NCBI GenBank assembly: GCA_963698385.1
Contig: CAVOQP010000010.1
Span: forward strand, 529,518-593,517
Direction: 5' to 3'
DNA length: 64,000 nucleotides
Source: an uncultured Acidimicrobiia bacterium
GTDB lineage: Bacteria; Actinomycetota; Acidimicrobiia; Spongiisociales; JAENVV01
Shown: positions 46,154 to 54,488 of the stretch, in pieces
How the letters are laid out: every line of letters begins with the position of its first letter
Numbering within the stretch: the first letter of the stretch is position 1
Translations under genes and position numbers: made by a program
The notes under the pieces: model-generated
Told to the model about the DNA's origin: nothing
Seen by the model: the letters and a program-made list of their open reading frames with translations, nothing else
Database searches by the model: none

Positions 46154-47563
46154 TTGGCCACTGACACAGAAGCGGCACACGCGGTGGATGGTGCCACCGT
46201 CGTGACCCGCTGGGCGCTGGTGGCGGGCGCTGTCCTGATCGCCTTGGCCGCCTTCCTCCACTTCAGCGCATGGCTCTCGCTGGTCTTCCCGCCGGTCTTC
46301 GGCGGGTTGGGATTCGCGCAATTCGGACGACTGAAACCCATGGCCGATGCCGTCCTGATGTTCGGTGGCTTCTACTTCGTCAATACCGGCGCCCTCTACA
46401 TCCTCCTCCCGCGCCTCACCGGCACCACACTGCGGGATGTCGGCCTCGCGCGTGCCAACACCCTGTGGACGCTGCTCGTGGGCGTCGCCTCGGTCGTCGC
46501 CGTGGGTATCGGACTCGGCGACGGAAGGGCCGGCTTCGAGTTCCCGCTCATCCTCGACGCCGCCTATCTCACAACCCTCTTCGTCCCGGCCTGGATCACC
46601 CGGCGTGCATTCTCGACTCGAACCGAGGACTCGCTCCACCCGACCGTGTGGGCCCTGATGACGGGGTTCCTCGCCCTGGCGGTTGCCCTCGTTGTCGCCA
46701 ACTTCCCCCTCACGGAGGCCACCGGAGGTTGGATCCAAGTGGCGTTCGGACGCGGCCTCGTGCTGTGGACCTGGGTGCTCGGGTCGGGCGTCGGCATCGC
46801 CTGGTACGTGGTGCCCAAGGCATCCGGTCGTCCGCTGTTCAGTCGTCAACTGGCTCAGATCGTCGTCTTCTCGATGCTTCTCCCACCCGCGGTCGCAGGG
46901 CTGGCCGGGCTGGCATTCGGCCCGGTCGCCGATTGGGCCGAGACCATCGGCGTCGTCTTCCGATTCTCCCTACTGGTCCCCGCGCTCGCAGTGCCGGCCG
47001 GGATCCTCGGCACCATCAACGGGGCCGATGGGCCACGGATCGCCTCGTCGCCCGCCGTTCGTACTGCGCTCGCCGGCTCTTGGCTGCTCGCCGGAGGCGG
47101 CGTCGCCAGCGCGCTCTCCGCCTTTCCCTACGTCCAGTCCGTTGTCGGACTCACGACCTTCGAGGACGGAACCATGGCGCTCCTGGTAGGAGCCGCCACG
47201 CTCTTCGCCGCTTCGTTCATCTACCACTGCCTCCCGGAGGTGACCGGCAAACCCCTCTTCTCGACGACGTTGGCCATCGACCACATGAAGCTCGTGCTGT
47301 GGGGGTCGGGCTTGACTGCCCTCTTCCTCTGGTACGCCGGGATCTACTCCGGTGCCGGGTTCCGGGGCGGCGCCCTCGGGGGACTGTGGACGGCGGTCGG
47401 TGACGGATTCGGTGATGCCACGGACGGGGCGATCCCCCTCTACATGATCGCACTCCTCGGGATGGCGTTGGTGGCGGCCGGCCAGGTCGCCTTCATGATC
47501 AACGTCCTCGGCACGACCCGCGGCGGTGCGGCCACGACCGAGTCCGAGGAGGTGGCCGCATGA
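46154..47563 (+). CDS. 12-TM membrane protein with three internal 4-TM sequence repeats; occupies the ccoN-like position but lacks the heme-copper-oxidase His ligand set
   Basis: GAAGGAG RBS. 12 hydrophobic segments. Repeated motif Y.LLPRLTGTTL / WYVVPKASGRPLFSRQL / YHCLPEVTGKPLFSTTL, one per third. Only 4 His in the TM region and no HH pair. Its stop overlaps the ATG of the FixO-like gene. Confidence 0.55.
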   Translation: MATDTEAAHAVDGATVVTRWALVAGAVLIALAAFLHFSAWLSLVFPPVFGGLGFAQFGRLKPMADAVLMFGGFYFVNTGALYILLPRLTGTTLRDVGLARANTLWTLLVGVASVVAVGIGLGDGRAGFEFPLILDAAYLTTLFVPAWITRRAFSTRTEDSLHPTVWALMTGFLALAVALVVANFPLTEATGGWIQVAFGRGLVLWTWVLGSGVGIAWYVVPKASGRPLFSRQLAQIVVFSMLLPPAVAGLAGLAFGPVADWAETIGVVFRFSLLVPALAVPAGILGTINGADGPRIASSPAVRTALAGSWLLAGGGVASALSAFPYVQSVVGLTTFEDGTMALLVGAATLFAASFIYHCLPEVTGKPLFSTTLAIDHMKLVLWGSGLTALFLWYAGIYSGAGFRGGALGGLWTAVGDGFGDATDGAIPLYMIALLGMALVAAGQVAFMINVLGTTRGGAATTESEEVAA

Positions 47564-48336
47564 GTGAGTACCTCGCAGCCGCGGCCGCCAACATGGGCAT
47601 GCCCGAGTCACTCGTGATGCGCTCCGCCGAGGCCAAGGCCAAGGCTGGCGGTGTCACCGTCGAGGACCTCCTCAGGGAATGGGCGGGCGGGGAACCGGCG
47701 ACTGCGTCCGCGCCTCCGTCCGCGCCCGCGTCTGCAGCTTCGTCTGCCCCGGAGCCTGTGTCTGCGGCTGCTCCAGCCGCTCCCGCCGCGCCGGTGGTCG
47801 TCACAGCCGCTGCGACACGACGGCACGTCGTGGCCCGCAAGGACCCGGATGCTGCCCCCCTCCTCGTAGGCGCCCGACAGGGACACATCCGGATGCTCTT
47901 GACCATCATGACGGTGCTCGTCGTCGGCTCAGCCCTCGGGGCGCTCCTGCCGACCCAGGCCGCCCGCCAGGACGTGAACAACGCCATCGGCTCACAACCC
48001 GACTACACCGACCAAGCCATCAGCGGGCGGGACATCTACCTGGCCGAGGGGTGCTGGACATGCCACACGATGGTGGTCAGGGCCACCGCCACCGACTACG
48101 GCCTCGGCAAGGTCACCACCCCGAAGGACGTTGCGCCGGTTGCCGGTGAGTCGCTCGGGGTGCGGAGGATCGGTCCCGACCTCGCCCACATCGGAAGTCG
48201 CCGAGACCCGGCCTTCATCTTCAACTTCCTCGTCGACCCCGGCTCGGTGGCCGAAGGTGCCCGGCACCCCGGCTATGCGTTCCTTTCCGAAGACGAACTC
48301 GGCTCGCTGACCGCGTTCCTGATCGAGACGAAGTGA
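47560..48336 (+). CDS. ccoO: FixO/CcoO-like membrane-anchored mono-heme cytochrome c (cbb3 oxidase subunit II family) with N-terminal extension
   Basis: GRDIYLAEGCWTCHT...RRIGPDLAHIGSR...PGYAFL aligns with the FixO motifs GRNIYIREGCYLCHS...KRTGPDLARVG...PGYAFL. Carries about 100 extra N-terminal residues. Confidence 0.8.
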   Translation: MSEYLAAAAANMGMPESLVMRSAEAKAKAGGVTVEDLLREWAGGEPATASAPPSAPASAASSAPEPVSAAAPAAPAAPVVVTAAATRRHVVARKDPDAAPLLVGARQGHIRMLLTIMTVLVVGSALGALLPTQAARQDVNNAIGSQPDYTDQAISGRDIYLAEGCWTCHTMVVRATATDYGLGKVTTPKDVAPVAGESLGVRRIGPDLAHIGSRRDPAFIFNFLVDPGSVAEGARHPGYAFLSEDELGSLTAFLIETK

Positions 48337-48342
48337 GTGCCG

Positions 48343-49269
48343 ATGAGTGAATACCTCGCAGCCGCGGCCGCCAAGATGGGCATGCCCGAGTCACTCGTCA
48401 TGCGCTCCGCCGAGGCCAAGGCCAAGGCCGGTGGCGTCACCGTCGAGGACCTGCTCCGCGAATGGGCGGGCGGGGAAGCAGCGTCAGCAGGAAAGCCCGA
48501 GCCCGGGCCCGAGCCCAAGGTGCCGGCCGAGCCGGCGTCCGAGGAGGCGGCAGCACCTGCCGCTCCGTCTGTGCCGGTCGCCGAGGCAGGGCCGGTCGAG
48601 GTGGTCTACGAGACCCTGCCGACCCCGGCGACCGTGACCCCCGAAGAAGCCATGGCCTGGGACCAGGTGACCACCATCGCTTCGGACGACGTGCGGGAGC
48701 GACCCGGGTCGGTGATCCCCCGCTGGCTGGCAGCGGCGTTCGTCATCATTCCAGTGCTGGCCCTCGGCTACCTCTTCATGAACACCGATGGCCTCACGTG
48801 CGGTGAGTCCGGCCTCCTTGCCTCGGACTTCGAAGGCAACCTCGCCAACTGCGACATGACTGCGTACGTGCCGGGAGGAGGGTCCGAGGGCGCGCTCGTC
48901 ACTGCAGCTTTCGCCGAAGGACAGGGGCTCTATTCGTCGTGCGTGTCGTGCCACGGAGCGAGCGGGGAAGGTGGTGTGGGCCCCGCATTCGGGGACGTGA
49001 CCACGACCTTTGCCGCCTGCTCCGACCACATCGAGTGGGTCAAGGTTGGCTCGGCGGGTTGGCCGACCGGGACATACGGGGACATTGGGAAACCGGTCGT
49101 CGGGGGCATGCCGGGGTTCTTCGCATCGATGTCCGAGGACCAACTCCAGTCCATCGCCCTCTACGAGCGGGTCCAGTTCGGTGGGGAAGCACTCACCGAC
49201 GCCGGGGTCAACTGCGGCATCGTCGAGGCTGAACCCGCCGAGGGCGAAGCTCCCGCTGAGGACGCCTGA
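48343..49269 (+). CDS. Membrane-anchored mono-heme cytochrome c with the same N-terminal module
   Basis: N-terminal 47 aa about 90% identical to 47560. A/P linker, TM segment, CVSCHG heme motif. Confidence 0.75.
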   Translation: MSEYLAAAAAKMGMPESLVMRSAEAKAKAGGVTVEDLLREWAGGEAASAGKPEPGPEPKVPAEPASEEAAAPAAPSVPVAEAGPVEVVYETLPTPATVTPEEAMAWDQVTTIASDDVRERPGSVIPRWLAAAFVIIPVLALGYLFMNTDGLTCGESGLLASDFEGNLANCDMTAYVPGGGSEGALVTAAFAEGQGLYSSCVSCHGASGEGGVGPAFGDVTTTFAACSDHIEWVKVGSAGWPTGTYGDIGKPVVGGMPGFFASMSEDQLQSIALYERVQFGGEALTDAGVNCGIVEAEPAEGEAPAEDA

Positions 49270-49372
49270 CCGCACACCCCCATCCGTCTTGGGGTCATTC
49301 GAGTCGACACATCGCGATCAAGCGACCCCAGAACGGCGCTAGGTCGGGTGTGGCCGATACCATCGGTCGACG

Positions 49373-50203
49373 ATGTCACTCCCCATCTCGTTCCTCTCCG
49401 ACTTCGGCCTGGCCGACGAGTTCGTGGGGGTCGTGCACGGCGTCATCGCAACCCTGGCCCCCGGTTCGCGGGTGATCGATGTGAACCACAACGTCGCCCC
49501 CGGCGACGTCAGGGGAGGCGCACTCTCACTCATGCGGGCGATCCAATACCTCCCGGAGGGGGTCGCACTGGCGGTCGTCGACCCGGGAGTGGGGACCGAC
49601 CGGCGAGCGATCGCAATCCAGACGGAGTGGGGCTACTTCGTCGGCCCCGACAATGGGCTTCTCTCGCCGGCCGTTGCGATGGTCGGCGGGGCGCTGGGCG
49701 CCGTCTCGATCGAGAACGCCGATGCTCGACTCCCTGCCACCGGCGCCACCTTCCACGGACGCGACGTGTTCGCTCCGGCAGCCGCGCTCCTCGCGGCTGG
49801 CGAGACCGGTGTCGACGAACTCGGACCCCGGCTCGATACCGAGCAACTCATCCCGATGCTCCTCCCCCTCCCGGAGTTCCAGGCAGGGGCTGTCAAAGGG
49901 ACGACCTGGTGGATCGACCACTTCGGGAACGTCCAGACGAACCTCTCACCCGCCGACCTGGCGACCATCGATCTCGTGGAGGGCGGGGAGGTTGCCCTGC
50001 GGCTCGGGGCCGAGCGGTACGACGTTCCCTGGGTCGGGGCGTACGGCGACGCTCCGGCCGGGACCCTCGTCCTCGTGACCGATTCCCACGGCCTGGTGGC
50101 CATCTCGGCGGTGGGCGGCAGCGCGGCCGATCGCTTGGGTATCGGCCATGACCGGGAGGTCGTATTCAGCCCAAGCAGCCAACTGAAGGTGTACCCCACA
50201 TGA
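49373..50203 (+). CDS. SAM hydroxide adenosyltransferase family protein (DUF62; fluorinase/chlorinase-like fold)
   Basis: ISFLSDFGLADEFVGVVHGVI...VVDPGVGTDRRAIA...WWIDHFGN motifs. Confidence 0.8.
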   Translation: MSLPISFLSDFGLADEFVGVVHGVIATLAPGSRVIDVNHNVAPGDVRGGALSLMRAIQYLPEGVALAVVDPGVGTDRRAIAIQTEWGYFVGPDNGLLSPAVAMVGGALGAVSIENADARLPATGATFHGRDVFAPAAALLAAGETGVDELGPRLDTEQLIPMLLPLPEFQAGAVKGTTWWIDHFGNVQTNLSPADLATIDLVEGGEVALRLGAERYDVPWVGAYGDAPAGTLVLVTDSHGLVAISAVGGSAADRLGIGHDREVVFSPSSQLKVYPT

Positions 50204-50292
50204 GACCTGGGACGACCATCGTCATCGTCGCGCTCCTCCTCCTGCTCTTCGTCGCCGCCGCGATCCTCGCCTGGCAGTTGGGGAGGGTGTGA
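50200..50292 (+). CDS. Possible 30-aa single-TM micro-protein
   Basis: ATGA overlap with the upstream stop. MRPGTTIVIVALLLLLFVAAAILAWQLGRV. Confidence 0.3.
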   Translation: MRPGTTIVIVALLLLLFVAAAILAWQLGRV

Positions 50293-50415
50293 GGAGAGCA
50301 AGATTCCAGGAGCCGCTTCGGCGAGGCCACGGCCACACGCACCGCCCCCCAGGGTGCTGGGGGGAACGGCCCCGCAAGCGAAGCGAGGCGGGTAGGGGGC
50401 CGTACCCGATCAGTG

Positions 50416-50490
50416 CCCTCCTACCCCGCAAGAAGTCGCCTGCGGCGACGATGCGGGGGCCTCTTCCTCCCACCGTCGGTGGGAGGACAG
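50416..50490 (+). repeat. Double-hairpin repeat, family 2, copy 2
   Basis: CCCTCCTACCCCGCAAGAAGTCGCCTGCGGCGACGATGCGGGGGCCTCTTCCTCCCACCGTCGGTGGGAGGACAG. The second stem carries compensatory changes relative to copy 1. Confidence 0.6.
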
Positions 50491-50667
50491 ACATCGTCCT
50501 CAGCATGAGAACGGGACCCCGTGGGGTCCCGTTCTCGCGAGTGATGATCGTCAGGGCGGGCTGGGAGGCTTCCTGTCAGGACCCGGCGCATCCGGGTGTC
50601 TGGGTAGACGCCACCACTCGCTTCTCCTCTTCTATCGTCATCTGACACCCCGAATCTTGAGTCCCCG

Positions 50668-50919
50668 ATGCACGTGACCCTGCTGGGCCGCCACAATTGC
50701 CACCTGTGCGACGATGCCGCGTCGCTCCTCCTCTCAGTCCGGGAGCGGTTCAGCCTCGAGATCGAGGCACGGGACATCGACTCCGACGACGAGTTGGTGA
50801 AGGAGTACGGCCTGCGAATCCCGGTCCTCCTCGGGCCCGATGGCGCCGTGCTGGCCGAGGGAGCGATCACTCCGGAGAGCCTCGTGGAAGCCCTCCACGG
50901 GGCAGCCGGGGCCGGGTGA
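50668..50919 (+). CDS. Glutaredoxin-like small thiol-disulfide protein (CHLC active site)
   Basis: VTLLGRHNCHLCDDA and C-terminal thioredoxin fold, 83 aa. Confidence 0.65.
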   Translation: MHVTLLGRHNCHLCDDAASLLLSVRERFSLEIEARDIDSDDELVKEYGLRIPVLLGPDGAVLAEGAITPESLVEALHGAAGAG

Positions 50920-50937
50920 ACCGCCGCGCCGAGGGCC

Positions 50938-51822
50938 TCAGTCGAGGCCGAACATGACCTCGCGCAGGTTCACCGGCGACGCCCGATAGGTCGATCTGTC
51001 GATTCGGAGCGACCCAAGGCGGAGACCGCGCATGCCCTCGCCCACGGACGTCTCCACTCGCAGGACATCGCCGTCATAGTCGAGGACGCCAAGTCCGAGG
51101 CATCGATCGTCACCGTCATGGACCCCCACGAGCATGTCCTGGAGGCGACCGGGATCGAGGCCGGCTGGAAGCGTCGGGGCGAACACCGTGGGTCTGACCC
51201 TCCAGCGATCCGTGTCGCCCGTGAGGGCATCCTCCATCGATCGCCGCATCTGCTCGGCCCGGTCGGTCGGCGACGATGGCTTCACGTCAGGGTGGGCGGG
51301 GGTGGTCTCGATGTCCGCGGGGAAGAAGCGGCGCAGCATCCCCACCAGTGGCTCGAGCTCGCCTCCACGCTGGAGTCCGATGACGATGTCGGGTCGGCAC
51401 AGTTCGAGTTTGTGGTACTTGAGGGTTTCCCCCGTCACCCCACTGACCACACCGGTGGTGTCGACGATGACGATGTCGGCCTTCTGGCGAGCAGTCGCAA
51501 CCAGCCGGCTGGTTGCGATCACGAGTTGGAGGACGAGGTGCTTCGGTGAGGTGGAGCCGACGAAGCGGATCTCGTCCGCACTACCGAGCGAGCCGAGGTC
51601 GTCCGGGGACTCGAGGTAGCGCACTCCGGCGCAGGCGGGCGGGGCAACCATGGCGACGGCGACATCGACGTCGATCAGGGCCACTTTCTTCCTCGCTGCC
51701 AGTGCAGCACCGGCCAACTCCCTGGCATAGGTGCTCTTCCCGGTGTCAGAGGCTCCGATCAGCATCACCACGGCCGAGCCTGCGTCGGGCAGTCGGTCGA
51801 GCACGCTCTTGGGGGGAAGCAT
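50938..51822 (-). CDS. Clp1/Grc3-family P-loop polynucleotide kinase-like protein
   Basis: VVMLIGASDTGKSTYAREL Walker A and DTTGVVSG Walker B-like motif. Confidence 0.6.
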   Translation of the reverse strand: MLPPKSVLDRLPDAGSAVVMLIGASDTGKSTYARELAGAALAARKKVALIDVDVAVAMVAPPACAGVRYLESPDDLGSLGSADEIRFVGSTSPKHLVLQLVIATSRLVATARQKADIVIVDTTGVVSGVTGETLKYHKLELCRPDIVIGLQRGGELEPLVGMLRRFFPADIETTPAHPDVKPSSPTDRAEQMRRSMEDALTGDTDRWRVRPTVFAPTLPAGLDPGRLQDMLVGVHDGDDRCLGLGVLDYDGDVLRVETSVGEGMRGLRLGSLRIDRSTYRASPVNLREVMFGLD

Positions 51823-51831
51823 CCTTTGAGG

Positions 51832-52419
51832 CTACAGCGATTCCGGGGGGTCTCCGCCCGGCTCCGAGAGCGGGTCGACAGGGCCCCTGGACTCATAGAA
51901 GGAGAGCGTCGAGACGATCCTGTCGCAGGCGATCTCGACGTCCGTACACGAGTATCCGAGCAGCCGCAGCGGGAACTCCACTCGCTCCGCCTGCTCCCTG
52001 GTGAGCTGTGCTCCGGTTCCTGCATGGTGAGCGTCGAGGGCCTCTGCCGCCTTGGCGAAGTAGTTGCTGACGGCGCCCGGGAGGTAGCCGTCGAGCTCCC
52101 GCCGGGGCCGTAGGTGCCTCAGTTCGGGGGCGGTGACCCTCTTGTGGCCGCTCCCGGAGGCGATCCCCAGTTCGTAGAGAGTCTCGGCTGCGTGGGCAAG
52201 GAACGCATCCACCTCATCCGAGGCATAGCCCCTCAGCGACCTTGAGAACGTCGCCCCTTCCAACTCCCGCGCCCCGATGGCGAGCCCACGAACCACGCCC
52301 CGGCCCGCCTCGGCAAGGGTGATCACAAGCCTGCTCCTCACCGCCTCGACCTCGTCCATTCGATAGCCACCCAGCCTGCGGGGGAACGCAGCGTCGGTGG
52401 CCTCGAACACGGTGAGCAT
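51832..52419 (-). CDS. Protein with three DivIVA-type N-terminal domain repeats
   Basis: Three F.R.L.GY...EV(D/E) motifs (FPRRLGGYRMDEVEAV, FSRSLRGYASDEVDAF, FPLRLLGYSCTDVEIA). Confidence 0.6.
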   Translation of the reverse strand: MLTVFEATDAAFPRRLGGYRMDEVEAVRSRLVITLAEAGRGVVRGLAIGARELEGATFSRSLRGYASDEVDAFLAHAAETLYELGIASGSGHKRVTAPELRHLRPRRELDGYLPGAVSNYFAKAAEALDAHHAGTGAQLTREQAERVEFPLRLLGYSCTDVEIACDRIVSTLSFYESRGPVDPLSEPGGDPPESL

Positions 52420-52523
52420 GGGCGGAGCCTAGAAGGCACGAGAAGCGACCTGTTCGAGCTCCGAGCCGGCGTCGTACCTCCCGAGGAGAAGCGCTGTTGG
52501 GCCAGCCCACTATCCTTCCGTCG

Positions 52524-52997
52524 ATGCCAGAAACCTCGTTCTTGACGCCTGCCGCCAAGGCCCGCCTCGACGAGGAGCTCAACGAGCTCCTCACCAACGG
52601 GCGCGCCCACATCGAGGCGCGTATCGCCGAGGCACGGTCGCACGGCGACCTCAAGGAGAACGCCGACTACGACGCCGCCAAGAACGAGCAGGGCCTCATG
52701 GAAGCGCGGATCCGCCAGCTGAAGCACATCCTCGAGAACGCCGAAGTGCGGGAATCGGTCTCCACCGACATCGTCGAGACCGGCTCGATCGTCGTCGTCA
52801 CCGACGCCGACGGGGATGAGATGGAGTACTTCGTCGCCCCACCAGAGAACAAGGCGCCCGGCATGCTCCTCGCCTCGCCAGCCAGCCCCCTGGGGATTGC
52901 GCTCATAGGGGCCAAGGTCGGCGACACGGTCACCTACGAAGCACCTGGCGGTGCATTCCAGGTCACGATCGCCTCGGTCCGGCCCTTCGAGGGATGA
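52524..52997 (+). CDS. greA: Transcription elongation factor GreA
   Basis: LTPAAKARLDEELNELL...HGDLKENADYDAAKNEQG, and C-terminal FKBP-like domain. Confidence 0.85.
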   Translation: MPETSFLTPAAKARLDEELNELLTNGRAHIEARIAEARSHGDLKENADYDAAKNEQGLMEARIRQLKHILENAEVRESVSTDIVETGSIVVVTDADGDEMEYFVAPPENKAPGMLLASPASPLGIALIGAKVGDTVTYEAPGGAFQVTIASVRPFEG

Positions 52998-53014
52998 CAT
53001 GACAGGGGGCGAGA

Positions 53015-54415
53015 GTGGTCAGGTTCAAGCTCAGTAGTCCTCGACAAGCCGCCGGCAACCTCCGTTCGCGGGCGCGCAACGATCCGAAGACCGTCGCCAC
53101 CTACCTGAAGGGCAACCTGCAGGAGTGGTTCGCGCTGGTGGAGGCCGATCCGGCCGATGCTGCCGACGTCCTCGAGGAGCTTGGCGGGGACATTGCGGTC
53201 GGGATCTTCAACCTCCTGAGCGTTGAACGGGGCGCGCCCCTGCTCGAGGAGGCTCGCGATGACTTCGCTGTCGACATCCTCGAGCAACTCCCCGTCGCCC
53301 GAGCAAGTGCCCTCCTCGCCGAGATGCCGGCCGACGAGGCGGCTGACCTCGTCATCCATCTCGACGACGATCTGCGCGCCAGCCTCCTCGACGCGATGCC
53401 CGACGAGACCGGGCAGGAGATCAAGACCCTCCTCCGCTACCCGGCCGACACGGCCGGTGGCCTCATGACGACCGACTTCGCCGCCCTCCCCATGGGGATG
53501 ACCGCCGGGGAGGCCATCGAGGCCATCCGCCGCCTTCACGAGGACCTCGAGGACCTCACCTACGTGTATGTCGTGGACGAGGAAGGCCGGCTCCGCGGAG
53601 TCATCTCGTTCCGAGACCTCGTGTTCCGGCGGCCCGGCGTAGGACTCGACGAGGCCATGCTCGCCGACCCGGTGACGGTCCGGCCGATGGCAGACCGGTC
53701 AGAGGTGGCCGATCTCTCCACCCGCTACAACCTCTTCGCCATCCCCGTGGTCGACCAGCGCGGTCGCCTGGTCGGGGTGGTCACCACCGACGCGGTGTAC
53801 GAGGTCCTGCAAGAGGAGGCCTCGGAGGACTTCGCCACTTCCGTGGGCGCCGGCGCCCAGGAGACGGTGTACACGGATGTTCTCGTCTCGGTCAAGCAAC
53901 GCTCGCCATGGCTACTCCTCAACCTCGGGCTGGCGCTCATCGTCTCGATCGCCGTGTCGCAGTTCGAGGAGATCCTCGCCCGGGCACCGATCCTGGCCGT
54001 TCTCATGCCGATAGTTGCCCTCCTCGGCGGGAACGCCGGGGCGCAGAGCCTGGCGGTGACGATCCGGGGCCTCGCTTCGGATGACGTGCCCCGCGCGGAG
54101 ACCCGGGGGATCCTCGGTCGTCAGGCAGCGATTGGGGTCGCCAACGGAGTCCTCATCGGGACCGCGGCAGGGATCGTCGCAAGCGTGTTCGCAATCAGTG
54201 CCCGCACCGCCGAGGACCCATTCAACATCGGCATCATCGTCGGCGTGGCCGCGCTGGTGAACCTCATCGTCGCCACCTGCGCAGGGGCCGCCATCCCGCT
54301 CACGCTGCGGGCCTTGCGTCTCGACCCTGCGCTCGCCTCCAACATCTTCCTCACGTTGGTCACCGACCTCGTCGGTTTCGCCGGGTTCCTCGGGGTGGCA
54401 TCGCACCTCCTGTGA
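53015..54415 (+). CDS. mgtE: Magnesium transporter MgtE
   Basis: N-domain, CBS pair, 5-TM C-terminus with GGNAGAQS motif. Confidence 0.85.
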   Translation: MVRFKLSSPRQAAGNLRSRARNDPKTVATYLKGNLQEWFALVEADPADAADVLEELGGDIAVGIFNLLSVERGAPLLEEARDDFAVDILEQLPVARASALLAEMPADEAADLVIHLDDDLRASLLDAMPDETGQEIKTLLRYPADTAGGLMTTDFAALPMGMTAGEAIEAIRRLHEDLEDLTYVYVVDEEGRLRGVISFRDLVFRRPGVGLDEAMLADPVTVRPMADRSEVADLSTRYNLFAIPVVDQRGRLVGVVTTDAVYEVLQEEASEDFATSVGAGAQETVYTDVLVSVKQRSPWLLLNLGLALIVSIAVSQFEEILARAPILAVLMPIVALLGGNAGAQSLAVTIRGLASDDVPRAETRGILGRQAAIGVANGVLIGTAAGIVASVFAISARTAEDPFNIGIIVGVAALVNLIVATCAGAAIPLTLRALRLDPALASNIFLTLVTDLVGFAGFLGVASHLL

Positions 54416-54488
54416 CCCACCGGTCCTTCTCACCTGATTCTCAGGGGATCCTCAGGAACCGTTCACACGCGCCGGGCACAGTCACGAC

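Noticed and set aside
46154-47563. Calling the 12-TM protein CcoN (cbb3 oxidase subunit I) outright
   Set aside because: It lacks the six conserved His ligands (no HH pair; the His residues are in the wrong helices). It is reported as an HCO-position, ligand-less protein instead.
52934-53539. 201-aa minus-strand ORF
   Set aside because: It overlaps the 3' end of greA and the 5' end of mgtE on the opposite strand. Its composition is artefactual.
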